Shown here: positions 1-7,744 of the stretch, in pieces | How positions within the stretch are numbered: position 1 is the first letter of the stretch | Layout: each line of letters begins with the position of its first letter | Assembly: GCA_045644145.1 (NCBI GenBank) | Contig: JAZRGK010000063.1 | Coordinates: 32,487 to 96,486 of the forward strand | DNA length: 64,000 bases | Source: Candidatus Flemingiibacterium sp. | GTDB taxonomy: Bacteria; Bacillota; Clostridia; Oscillospirales; CAG-272 | Direction: 5' to 3' | The notes under the pieces: generated by a model | Databases searched by the model: none | What the model was told of the DNA's origin: nothing | The model's input: only the letters and a program-made list of their open reading frames with translations | Made by a program: the position numbers and the translations under genes

Positions 1-672
1 ACCGTACTTATACACATCCCCTGCAGGGCATACAGTGATTACCCCTGCAGCCGCGGCTTTTTCGATAGCTGAAATAAGTTCCTCGGAATAAGGATCAAAT
101 TCCGGTCCGCACGGCTCGGCAAGAGTAATGAGTATAACATCAGCGCCTAAGGTAACGGCATCCTCAATGGCCGCTGTCATGGCTTGATGCGTTACAGCAG
201 ATTTTTCTTCGGAGTAAACCTTCATGGCAAGGATCTGGGCATCAGGCGCAATACCGTTTGCGGCAGGATTATCCGAAGCAAGTCCCGATGCATTTCCTGC
301 GCTTATTGATATCATGGCTGTACCGTGGGCGTCATACTGCTCGTGGTGTACATCAGTATCGCCGTCGCCGTAATCATAGGCGAAAGGGATTTTTTTGTTT
401 ATGTACAGCGTTGTTGAGTCAGCCGCCACTGTATTTAAAGAATTGGATGCAAGCAGGTTTTCAATCGTTTCGGATGTTATGGAAGCTGACGAATCATCCA
501 TGTCAAAGCTTTCATGCTCAAGAAAGAACCCGTTATCAAGTATGGCTATACACATCCCTCTGCCGTCATACACGGTAGAAACGGATTGGGATTTCGGCTC
601 TGCCGCTGTGACCGCAGAACCCATAATCAGGGATGCTGTAAGTATGGCAGAGAGATTTTTTAGTAAATTCAT
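1..672 (-). CDS. S8 (subtilisin-like) serine peptidase, N-terminal part; the gene continues past the window start
   Basis: Absent from the ORF track because it runs off the edge. Reverse translation from the ATG at 672-670 gives MNLLKNLSAILTASLIMGSAVTAAEP (signal peptide). It then gives CIAILDNGF (Asp motif) and DAHGTAMISISAG (His motif). AGGAG lies 7 nt upstream of the ATG, in the 12-nt gap after the upstream S8 gene. Confidence 0.8.
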   Translation of the reverse strand, partial: MNLLKNLSAILTASLIMGSAVTAAEPKSQSVSTVYDGRGMCIAILDNGFFLEHESFDMDDSSASITSETIENLLASNSLNTVAADSTTLYINKKIPFAYDYGDGDTDVHHEQYDAHGTAMISISAGNASGLASDNPAANGIAPDAQILAMKVYSEEKSAVTHQAMTAAIEDAVTLGADVILITLAEPCGPEFDPYSEELISAIEKAAAAGVITVCPAGDVYKYG

Positions 673-684
673 AAATACGCTCCT

Positions 685-3600
685 TTACGCGGCAAGTTCG
701 GATAGGTTTAGCTTGCCAACATTAATATTGTACGCGTAGTCGATTATCTCGTAATAGATGGAGTCGCCTTTGTAGTCGCTGATGTCAAACACCGCACTTT
801 CACCGTGCGCCAACAATGAAAAAGAATCAGCGCTGTCATTCTCGTATATATTGATGACCATAACTTTGTTATTGTCCGATGCGGTCAGTGAAAGCTTGCC
901 GTCTGAAAGGGATGCGGAGCTGAGGGACGGATCCTCGGTGTCAATAATTACCGGATAGGTATATGTCTGCTTTGCATTTTCGGAATAGTCGAGGACATAT
1001 TCGAAGGTTACGTTATATATTCCGTCGGGGAATTTGTAGCGCGAGTATATACCGTCACTTCCGTCCCATGTGAAGCGGAATACCGTGACTTCATCCATAC
1101 CCTTGGTTTTGATGAAATATGGGAATTTTGATGTATATACAGTTTCGCCGTTAGAATCGGTAACAGTCATTTTTGAGCTTTTGCAGTTGCGGAGCGCGGT
1201 GGCGCCGAAATTTATAGTGTCCGCATATTCATCCCCGTTTGGCGAGAAGGATATGGCGTTTCGGTCGTATATGTGAGTGTCGGAAAAAATATCCGCACCT
1301 GCGGGGATGTATTTTCCGTTTACTTTTATATAAAACTTTGAACCGTCGAATATTTCGGTTTCTCCTGAATAAGGGCTGCCGTCGATTACAGGCGCCGCTG
1401 TCCAGTCCCCGATATAGCCGAGGTAAGGCATAGAAACCGTACTGCCGTCAGCTTCGCAGTAAATAAAGCCTTCCGCAAAGTGCCCGTTTTGGAAAATTTC
1501 CGACAGCTTTCCGTGGTATGCCTTGTCGAAAGCGATTTTAATGGATATCACACGCTCTTCACCCGGCTCGAGGGTGAAACGGAGAGGGGCGAAATCTGCG
1601 GCGTAGCGGTTCAAATTTTCGTCCGTTCCGGAAGTTATCCGTGACACGGTATCCGCTTCTGCGGTGAGCGTGCTGAAGTATTCCGTCTTATCGCCATATG
1701 AAAGCTCAGTAAAACCGTCATTTGTAAGTGTAGCGCTAAGCTTTGCATCAAGCTTGGTGTCGGTAAGATTTTTTACAGTAACGTCAAAGGTTACAGACGA
1801 TGCAAGTTTGTCGTAAAGCTCTGCCTTTGCTTTGCCGTTTTTCGTAAAGCTGACGGATATTTTCTGACTTACGGCAGACTCAAGGTTCACGAGTCCCGCG
1901 CCTTGGGCACGGGGGGAGTATTCCAAGCCGTTTTTCTGCAAAAGTGGTGATGCGGTATTCATAAGCGTGTTCCTTACGGCGGAGATGATTTCCGTGCGGT
2001 CGGAAGTGCCGTTTTTTCTTTCACTTTCAATAAGCAGAGCGCAGGCACCGGAAATCTGAGGCGCCGCCATAGATGTGCCGGAGCTTGCACCGTATCCGCC
2101 GGAGATGGTGCTGAGCACACCGCCGCCCACTGCCGATATATCGGGCTTGAGGGTAAGTGACGGTGTAGTACCGTATGAGGAATAGCTTGATATCTTTCCA
2201 GCGTCGTCACCTATTTCACGGGTAGTATAATTTTCGGGGAACTTAAGGCGGTGTACAGCTTCAGCTATAAGCGCTTTGCCGTCCTTTTGGCTGATGCCGA
2301 CTGCGGGGATGGAAGCACCGGTGATCTCCATGTTGAATGGATTTTCCTCGGCATTGTTATAGACTATAACGCCAATGGCACCGTGAGCCGCGGCGATCGC
2401 AACTTTTTCGGTAAAGGGTATTACTCCCCGTTCCACAAGGGCAAGCTTTCCCGAAACATTTATGCCCTCATAGTCTTTTTCTTCTCCAACGCCGGGGACA
2501 ACCTCATATTCCAGCGTTTTACCGCCGAAATACTCTCCGAATGGAATATCCGTAACACCAAGTGTCATATTTGTATCTGTGTATTCAACGAACAGCTCTC
2601 GGTTTTCGGAGTGCCTGAAGTGGAGAGAATAGTATATACTGTTGTTTACGCTTGCCACGGACATTATGGAATCAACCGAGGATGGTGAACAGAGAGTTCC
2701 GTAATCTGTGTAGCCTGCAGGCGGCAGGGCGATGCCGTGATTCTCATTCAGTGCACTTCGCTCGGTGGTGACGCTTTCATTTCCTGCGGCACCTATAATA
2801 ATGCATCCGCTTTCCTCGGCTTTCTTAAGGAGTGCGTCAAGCCCCACGATCTGAGTAGGATCAACAGAACCGGAATAATGGCCTATGCTTAAATTTATTA
2901 TATCTGCACCAAGCTTTATAGCATCCTCGAGAGCCGCAATAAGAGCTTTATCCGATGCAGTTTTGCCATCATCGTTGAAAATTTTCATGAGAAGAAGCTG
3001 GCAACCGGGCGCTATTCCATACATTTCTCCGATGTCGGTTTTACCGGCACCTATGATGCCTGCCACATGAGTTCCGTGATTGGTAGATGCGGTATATACA
3101 TCCGCATCCTTTGAGGCGTAGTCGTACATAAACGGGATTTTTGAATTGTGATAAAGAGGCGCTATATCGGTGGAATTCTGCAGTGCGCTCAGTCGTTTTA
3201 CACCTATTACATATTCAAATTCTGAAAGATTCAGTGTTTCGGTGACTTCTCCGGCAAATGCGGGGTGGTCTATATCAAATCCGCTGTCAAGTACCGCAAC
3301 CTTTACGCCATTTCCGGTAAGACCTGCGGCTTCGGCGGCGGAGTGATTTATAAGAGCGGCGGCGCTCATATCATTGTCGGTGATTTGGGCATCAAGCGGC
3401 TCATATTCCGCACAGTCGTAGACTTTCTTCACAAAGTCGAAACTTTTTATACGCCATACGGCGTTGCCTGAAACAATGGCGGAGAAGCCGCAGAGCAGTG
3501 TGTCGTATATGTAATCGCATTTAAGCGTGGGTATCGCCTTGCTTAAAATATCGGCACAGTTTTTGGCATATTCAGCGGTGTTTTCTGCATTTACTGGTTC

Positions 3601-3705
3601 AAGCTCCACTATTATATCGGTGGTATCCGCCGAAGCCCACAGGGGTGTGCCGCCGCTTAAAAATATTTGTGCCAGCACAAGCATGAGAGGGATCAGTTTT
3701 TTCAT
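685..3705 (-). CDS. Secreted S8 family serine peptidase (lactocepin/C5a-peptidase-like, with an insert between the His and Ser motifs)
   Basis: Signal peptide MKKLIPLMLVLAQIFLSGGTPLWASA. Catalytic motifs VAVLDSGFDIDHPAF, HGTHVAGIIGAG and GTSMAAPQISGA. About 330 aa separate the His and Ser motifs, consistent with a PA-type insert. There is a long beta-rich C-terminal region. Confidence 0.9.
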   Translation of the reverse strand: MKKLIPLMLVLAQIFLSGGTPLWASADTTDIIVELEPVNAENTAEYAKNCADILSKAIPTLKCDYIYDTLLCGFSAIVSGNAVWRIKSFDFVKKVYDCAEYEPLDAQITDNDMSAAALINHSAAEAAGLTGNGVKVAVLDSGFDIDHPAFAGEVTETLNLSEFEYVIGVKRLSALQNSTDIAPLYHNSKIPFMYDYASKDADVYTASTNHGTHVAGIIGAGKTDIGEMYGIAPGCQLLLMKIFNDDGKTASDKALIAALEDAIKLGADIINLSIGHYSGSVDPTQIVGLDALLKKAEESGCIIIGAAGNESVTTERSALNENHGIALPPAGYTDYGTLCSPSSVDSIMSVASVNNSIYYSLHFRHSENRELFVEYTDTNMTLGVTDIPFGEYFGGKTLEYEVVPGVGEEKDYEGINVSGKLALVERGVIPFTEKVAIAAAHGAIGVIVYNNAEENPFNMEITGASIPAVGISQKDGKALIAEAVHRLKFPENYTTREIGDDAGKISSYSSYGTTPSLTLKPDISAVGGGVLSTISGGYGASSGTSMAAPQISGACALLIESERKNGTSDRTEIISAVRNTLMNTASPLLQKNGLEYSPRAQGAGLVNLESAVSQKISVSFTKNGKAKAELYDKLASSVTFDVTVKNLTDTKLDAKLSATLTNDGFTELSYGDKTEYFSTLTAEADTVSRITSGTDENLNRYAADFAPLRFTLEPGEERVISIKIAFDKAYHGKLSEIFQNGHFAEGFIYCEADGSTVSMPYLGYIGDWTAAPVIDGSPYSGETEIFDGSKFYIKVNGKYIPAGADIFSDTHIYDRNAISFSPNGDEYADTINFGATALRNCKSSKMTVTDSNGETVYTSKFPYFIKTKGMDEVTVFRFTWDGSDGIYSRYKFPDGIYNVTFEYVLDYSENAKQTYTYPVIIDTEDPSLSSASLSDGKLSLTASDNNKVMVINIYENDSADSFSLLAHGESAVFDISDYKGDSIYYEIIDYAYNINVGKLNLSELAA

Positions 3706-3759
3706 ATATGTTTACCGTTCCTTGATTTTTTGCAGTATATCACTTTGAAGTATAATACA

Positions 3760-3788
3760 ATTATACCATCACTGGGAATTAAAATCAA
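3760..3788 (-). promoter_or_regulatory. Candidate sigma-A promoter for the S8 peptidase pair
   Basis: Minus strand reads TTGATT (3788-3783), a 17-nt spacer, then TGgTATAAT (3768-3760). It sits about 55 nt upstream of the ATG at 3705. Confidence 0.5.
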
Positions 3789-3834
3789 TGGAATATTTGT
3801 GTATATCGTGAAAATATTATTTGGTTTGGATTCA

Positions 3835-3873
3835 TAAAAAAGCTCCCGATTTGCGTTTTTTTGCAAATCGGGA
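3835..3873 (-). terminator. Rho-independent terminator downstream of coaX
   Basis: 11-bp perfect stem TCCCGATTTGC/GCAAATCGGGA (3844-3854 / 3863-3873), followed on the minus strand by a U-run (A-run 3835-3840 on plus). Confidence 0.8.
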
Positions 3874-3885
3874 ACTTTCCTGTAT

Positions 3886-4662
3886 TTATTTTTGTCTACG
3901 AAGATTCTTTTTGTATATTACAGAAAGACCTGTTAAAAGAAGCGTATCGTCAAGCTGTATATTTCGCTCACAGTATGGAAGTATCAGAGATGCATCTTTG
4001 CCGGACGCAATAATCTGTGCGGTTTCGCCCATTTCAAGTTCTATGCGGTTGATGATGCCGTCCACCATTGATGCGCTTCCGAAGACGCATCCGCTTTGCA
4101 TGCTTTCGGTCGTGTTTGTGCCTATACATTTTTTCGGTACAGATTTTCCGAGCGGCGGAAGCAGGCTTGTTCCGGAGCTTAATGCGTTTGCCGCAAGAGT
4201 CACCCCGGGAGCAATTATGCATCCGATGAATGCCCCGTTTTTATCAATTACGGAAAATGTAACGGCAGTGCCGAAGTCGATAAGTATAAGCGGTGCGGTA
4301 TATTTTGCAAGTGCCCCTACAGCAGAGGCAACGAGATCGCCGCCAAGCTCAGAAGGATCGTCGGTGAGGATGTTAAGCCCGGTTTTTACGCCTGCGCCCA
4401 GAATATGAGGGCGAGCACCAAGAAGCTTTTCGAGAGCAGAGCGTACCGTTTCGGTGAGCGTTGGTACTACCGATGCGCCGATAGCGCCGTCGATATTTTC
4501 TGTCATGATTCCGTGAAAATCAAAGAGCGACTTGAATATGCAGGAATATTCGTCAGCGGTGCGGCGTACATCTGTGGAAACCGATACTCTGTCGGTGAGA
4601 GTACCGTTATCTATCAGTCCAAGCAGTATTTCGTCGTTTCCGATACTGAATGTGAGAAGCAT
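3886..4662 (-). CDS. coaX: Type III pantothenate kinase
   Basis: Motifs MLLTFSIGNDEILLG, LILIDFGTAVTF and GTNTTESMQSG. I chose the start at ATG 4662 (MLLTF...), directly after the upstream gene's stop at 4664-4666. The ORF-track start at 4716 would overlap that gene by 53 nt. Confidence 0.85.
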   Translation of the reverse strand: MLLTFSIGNDEILLGLIDNGTLTDRVSVSTDVRRTADEYSCIFKSLFDFHGIMTENIDGAIGASVVPTLTETVRSALEKLLGARPHILGAGVKTGLNILTDDPSELGGDLVASAVGALAKYTAPLILIDFGTAVTFSVIDKNGAFIGCIIAPGVTLAANALSSGTSLLPPLGKSVPKKCIGTNTTESMQSGCVFGSASMVDGIINRIELEMGETAQIIASGKDASLILPYCERNIQLDDTLLLTGLSVIYKKNLRRQK

Positions 4663-4663
4663 G

Positions 4664-5275
4664 TTATCTGACCTTTTTGTTGAAGTAATCAATGATGCGT
4701 GTGATAACTGTGCCAAGCGCCAGATTTACTATGAATTCAACCACAAAGTTGAGTCCTATTACGGTGAGGTAGAGGAATCCAAGCGGTGAAGCTGAACCGT
4801 TTGCCTCAGCGGCAGATGAAAGAAAGCCGTAGAAAATAGACATCATACCAAGGGCAAAAATACCGGTGTTTACAATCGGTGCCACAGCACTTGCCGCAAA
4901 GGTTGCCGCAAGCGGGGATTTTTTTGAGAACAGCTTATATACCAGTGCCGCAAGAGCGCCTGCCGCCGTGCCCTTGAGGAAGCAGAGGATCACCGTAGCG
5001 ATAAAGCTGTACTGCAGCATCGGTATAAGCGTGCCCCCGTCAGGACCGAGTCCCATTATAAAGACAGTGGCGCTGAAAACGAATCCGAGAAACGCTCCGC
5101 ATTTGGGACCGTAAATCGCGGCGCCTACGATGATGGGAGTAAGTGCAAGGGTAAAAGGAAAAGGCCCGATTCTGATAAAAGTACAGAACACCTGCAGCGC
5201 AATAACAAGAGCCGCAAGAAGTGCGTACATTGTCAGTTCTCTGACCTTAACGTGAGTGTTTGTGCGAGTATTCAT
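4664..5275 (-). CDS. ECF-transporter substrate-binding (S) component; pantothenate specificity (PanT-like) is suggested only by linkage to coaX
   Basis: About 200 aa with roughly 6 hydrophobic helices and no signal peptide, a typical size and pattern for ECF S components. Its stop lies 1 nt from the coaX start. Confidence 0.55.
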   Translation of the reverse strand: MNTRTNTHVKVRELTMYALLAALVIALQVFCTFIRIGPFPFTLALTPIIVGAAIYGPKCGAFLGFVFSATVFIMGLGPDGGTLIPMLQYSFIATVILCFLKGTAAGALAALVYKLFSKKSPLAATFAASAVAPIVNTGIFALGMMSIFYGFLSSAAEANGSASPLGFLYLTVIGLNFVVEFIVNLALGTVITRIIDYFNKKVR

Positions 5276-5354
5276 GATTTCCTCCTGCTGCCGCTCACGC
5301 TTGGCGTGATACAGCGCATAATTATTTCCGGAAAATATTTATCCAGATGTGCTA

Positions 5355-5384
5355 ATTATAGCATCCGTTTCCCCCTTATGTCAA
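5355..5384 (-). promoter_or_regulatory. Candidate sigma-A promoter for the ECF-S/coaX operon
   Basis: Minus strand reads TTGACA (5384-5379), an 18-nt spacer, then TATAAT (5360-5355). This leaves a leader of about 75 nt to the ATG at 5275. Confidence 0.55.
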
Positions 5385-5489
5385 CAGCAATTTTGCACAA
5401 TTTTTTGATTGCCGCCGTCATATGTGTTTGGTGTTGGGAAAATCGGGGCTGTTTTTTCAAAAAAGGTTTAATAATCAGAGCTTTTTCGG

Positions 5490-5518
5490 TTGACAAATCT
5501 GCAAAAATAAGATATAAT
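5490..5518 (+). promoter_or_regulatory. Consensus sigma-A promoter of the yicC...spoVM cluster
   Basis: TTGACA (5490-5495), exactly 17 nt, then TATAAT (5513-5518). It is about 55 nt upstream of the ATG at 5572. Confidence 0.7.
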
Positions 5519-5571
5519 TAATTATATGCCCAAAAACAGATATATCCAATATCGAAAGGAATCAGTATAAC

Positions 5572-6465
5572 ATGATACGCAGCATGACTGCGTTCGGAAG
5601 AGCCGTAAAAACAGGTACTCCGGACGGTAAAAATATCACGGTTGAACTAAAAAGCGTGAACAACAGATACCTTGACTGTACGGTTAAGATTTCTCGTGCC
5701 TACAGCTTTCTTGAGGACAGAATACGCCAATATGTGCAGGCAAATGGTATATCCAGAGGAAAGCTTGATGTATATGTAGGGGTAGAGGTGGTCGAAAATG
5801 TAGGTATGACCGTTGATATTGACCGCGCCCTTGCAAAGAGCTACATCGATGCCTTAAAGGCACTGCGCGATGAGTTCGGACTTGCAGATGATATTTCGGT
5901 TATGACCGTAGCGCAGAATCGGGATATTTTTAATATCACGAAGCCTGAGGAGGATGCGGAGCGCGATTGGCTTTCTATAAAGCCGGTGCTTGACGAAGCT
6001 GTTGCGGCGTTCCTTAAGGTGCGCGAGGCTGAGGGTGAGCGCCTTAAAGCTGATATACTCGAAAAGCTTGTGAAGATTGAGGGAATTGTTTCAGAAATCA
6101 AGAAACACTCTGAGGATGATATTACAAATTACCGTACAAAATTCGAAGCACGTCTTAAAAACCTGCTTGCGGATAACGCTGTGGAGCTTAATCCCAATAT
6201 GGTGCTTACCGAATGTGCCATATTTGCCGACCGTGTGGCTATAGATGAAGAAATAGTTCGCCTCGGATGTCACTTTAATGCTATGCGTGAGATATTTACA
6301 TCGGATGAGCCGGTTGGAAGAAAGCTTGATTTCCTTATGCAGGAGATGAACCGCGAAACCAATACTATCGGCTCAAAGGCAAGCAATCCCGAAATTGCCG
6401 CCATGGTTGTGGAAATCAAGAGTGAGCTTGAAAAGATCCGCGAGCAGCTCCAGAATATAGAATAG
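5572..6465 (+). CDS. yicC: YicC/YloC family stress-induced protein (endoribonuclease-like)
   Basis: N-terminus MIRSMTAFGRA and C-terminal motif LMQEMNRETNTIGSKA. Its position upstream of remA-gmk-rpoZ matches other Firmicutes. Confidence 0.85.
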   Translation: MIRSMTAFGRAVKTGTPDGKNITVELKSVNNRYLDCTVKISRAYSFLEDRIRQYVQANGISRGKLDVYVGVEVVENVGMTVDIDRALAKSYIDALKALRDEFGLADDISVMTVAQNRDIFNITKPEEDAERDWLSIKPVLDEAVAAFLKVREAEGERLKADILEKLVKIEGIVSEIKKHSEDDITNYRTKFEARLKNLLADNAVELNPNMVLTECAIFADRVAIDEEIVRLGCHFNAMREIFTSDEPVGRKLDFLMQEMNRETNTIGSKASNPEIAAMVVEIKSELEKIREQLQNIE

Positions 6466-6477
6466 GCGGTGGATAAA

Positions 6478-6753
6478 ATGAAATTCATTAACGTAGGTTT
6501 CGGAAACATGGTGGCTGCCGAAAGGGTGGTTGCGGTGGTAAGCCCTGACAGCGCACCAATAAAGCGTCTTATACAGGATGCAAAGGACAGCGGACGTGCA
6601 ATCGATGTTACATGCGGAAAGCGTACACGCGCCGCTATCATCACCGACAGTGAACATGTTATTCTGTCGGCGTTCCAGTCGGAAACAATATCCAACCGTC
6701 TGTCTGACCGTGACGGAGGCGAGGATGAGGAGGAAACAGAAGAGCCGGACTAA
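6478..6753 (+). CDS. remA: RemA/YlzA (DUF370) regulator
   Basis: [36 protein letters not shown] matches the RemA-type N-terminus. The ATG at 6478 follows GGCGGTGGA. The ORF track begins at GTG 6469. Confidence 0.8.
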   Translation: MKFINVGFGNMVAAERVVAVVSPDSAPIKRLIQDAKDSGRAIDVTCGKRTRAAIITDSEHVILSAFQSETISNRLSDRDGGEDEEETEEPD

Positions 6754-6773
6754 GCTTTTCTGTATAAAGAACA

Positions 6774-7388
6774 ATGAAAAAAGGTGTACTTATCGTTATT
6801 TCGGGCCCTTCCGGCAGCGGAAAGGGAACCGTTATAAAAAGACTTATGGAATTTGACCGTAGCTTTGTTTACTCCGTATCTGCGACAACACGCGCGCCGA
6901 GAGAGGGGGAGAAGCACGGTGTTAACTACTATTTTATCGACAAAGAGGACTTTAAGAGCCGCATTTCTTCCGGCATGATGCTTGAATATGCGGAATACTG
7001 CGGAAATTATTACGGAACGCCGGAAAAGGAAGTAAACGAAAATCTTCTTGCAGGGCGAAATGTAATACTTGAGATCGAAGTTGCAGGCGCTATGCAGATA
7101 AAGAAGAAATGCCCCGATGCGGTGCTTCTCATGATAACACCGCCGGATTTCGCAACTCTCGAAGCAAGACTCCGCGGCAGAGGCGATGACGTGCCCGAGG
7201 AGGTAATCGTGAAGCGCCTTACCACTGCTAAAACAGAGCTATCATACCTTGGTGAGTATGACTATGCAGTAGTAAACGGTGATAACGCTGTAGATGAAAC
7301 TGCAAGAGCCATTATGGGCATTGTGGAAGCTGAAAAACACCGTGTGTCACGGCAGACCGAATACGCAGATAAGTTTTTTAACAAATAA
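6774..7388 (+). CDS. gmk: Guanylate kinase
   Basis: P-loop ISGPSGSGKGTV, SATTRAPREGE, and about 200 aa in length. Confidence 0.92.
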   Translation: MKKGVLIVISGPSGSGKGTVIKRLMEFDRSFVYSVSATTRAPREGEKHGVNYYFIDKEDFKSRISSGMMLEYAEYCGNYYGTPEKEVNENLLAGRNVILEIEVAGAMQIKKKCPDAVLLMITPPDFATLEARLRGRGDDVPEEVIVKRLTTAKTELSYLGEYDYAVVNGDNAVDETARAIMGIVEAEKHRVSRQTEYADKFFNK

Positions 7389-7426
7389 TCAACATACATA
7401 GAGTTTTAAGAAAAGAGGTACAGAAA

Positions 7427-7744
7427 ATGATATATCCTTCCGTAGAAGAACTTAGCCAGAACGGTAAATACAACCGCTATATGCTTTGCATTGCTACCGC
7501 AAAGTGCGCAAGAATCGTAACCGATGAATACGTTCACCAGCGTGAGCAGGCGGAGAAGCTTATTGCCAACAAGGAAACTGACAAGAGCCTTGCCTCTATG
7601 ATAAAGCGCGACATTCGCGATGAAAAGGCTGTTAAGAATGCAATAAACCGTATCCATCAAAGTGAATATACAATAATAATTTCCCAGAAAGAGGATGAGG
7701 CTTGCGACATTTCTGCGGCAGATTCGGATAGGGAAGAAAACTGA
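7427..7744 (+). CDS. rpoZ: DNA-directed RNA polymerase subunit omega
   Basis: MIYPSVEELSQNGKYNRYMLCIATAKCARIV is a typical RpoZ N-terminus. An AAGAGG RBS precedes it, and it sits after gmk. Confidence 0.85.
   Translation: MIYPSVEELSQNGKYNRYMLCIATAKCARIVTDEYVHQREQAEKLIANKETDKSLASMIKRDIRDEKAVKNAINRIHQSEYTIIISQKEDEACDISAADSDREEN

Noticed and set aside
258-739. Plus-strand ORFs 258..578 and 395..739 from the ORF track
   Set aside because: They are shadow frames opposite a clearly recognisable minus-strand S8 peptidase gene (Asp and His motifs). They have no RBS and an odd composition.
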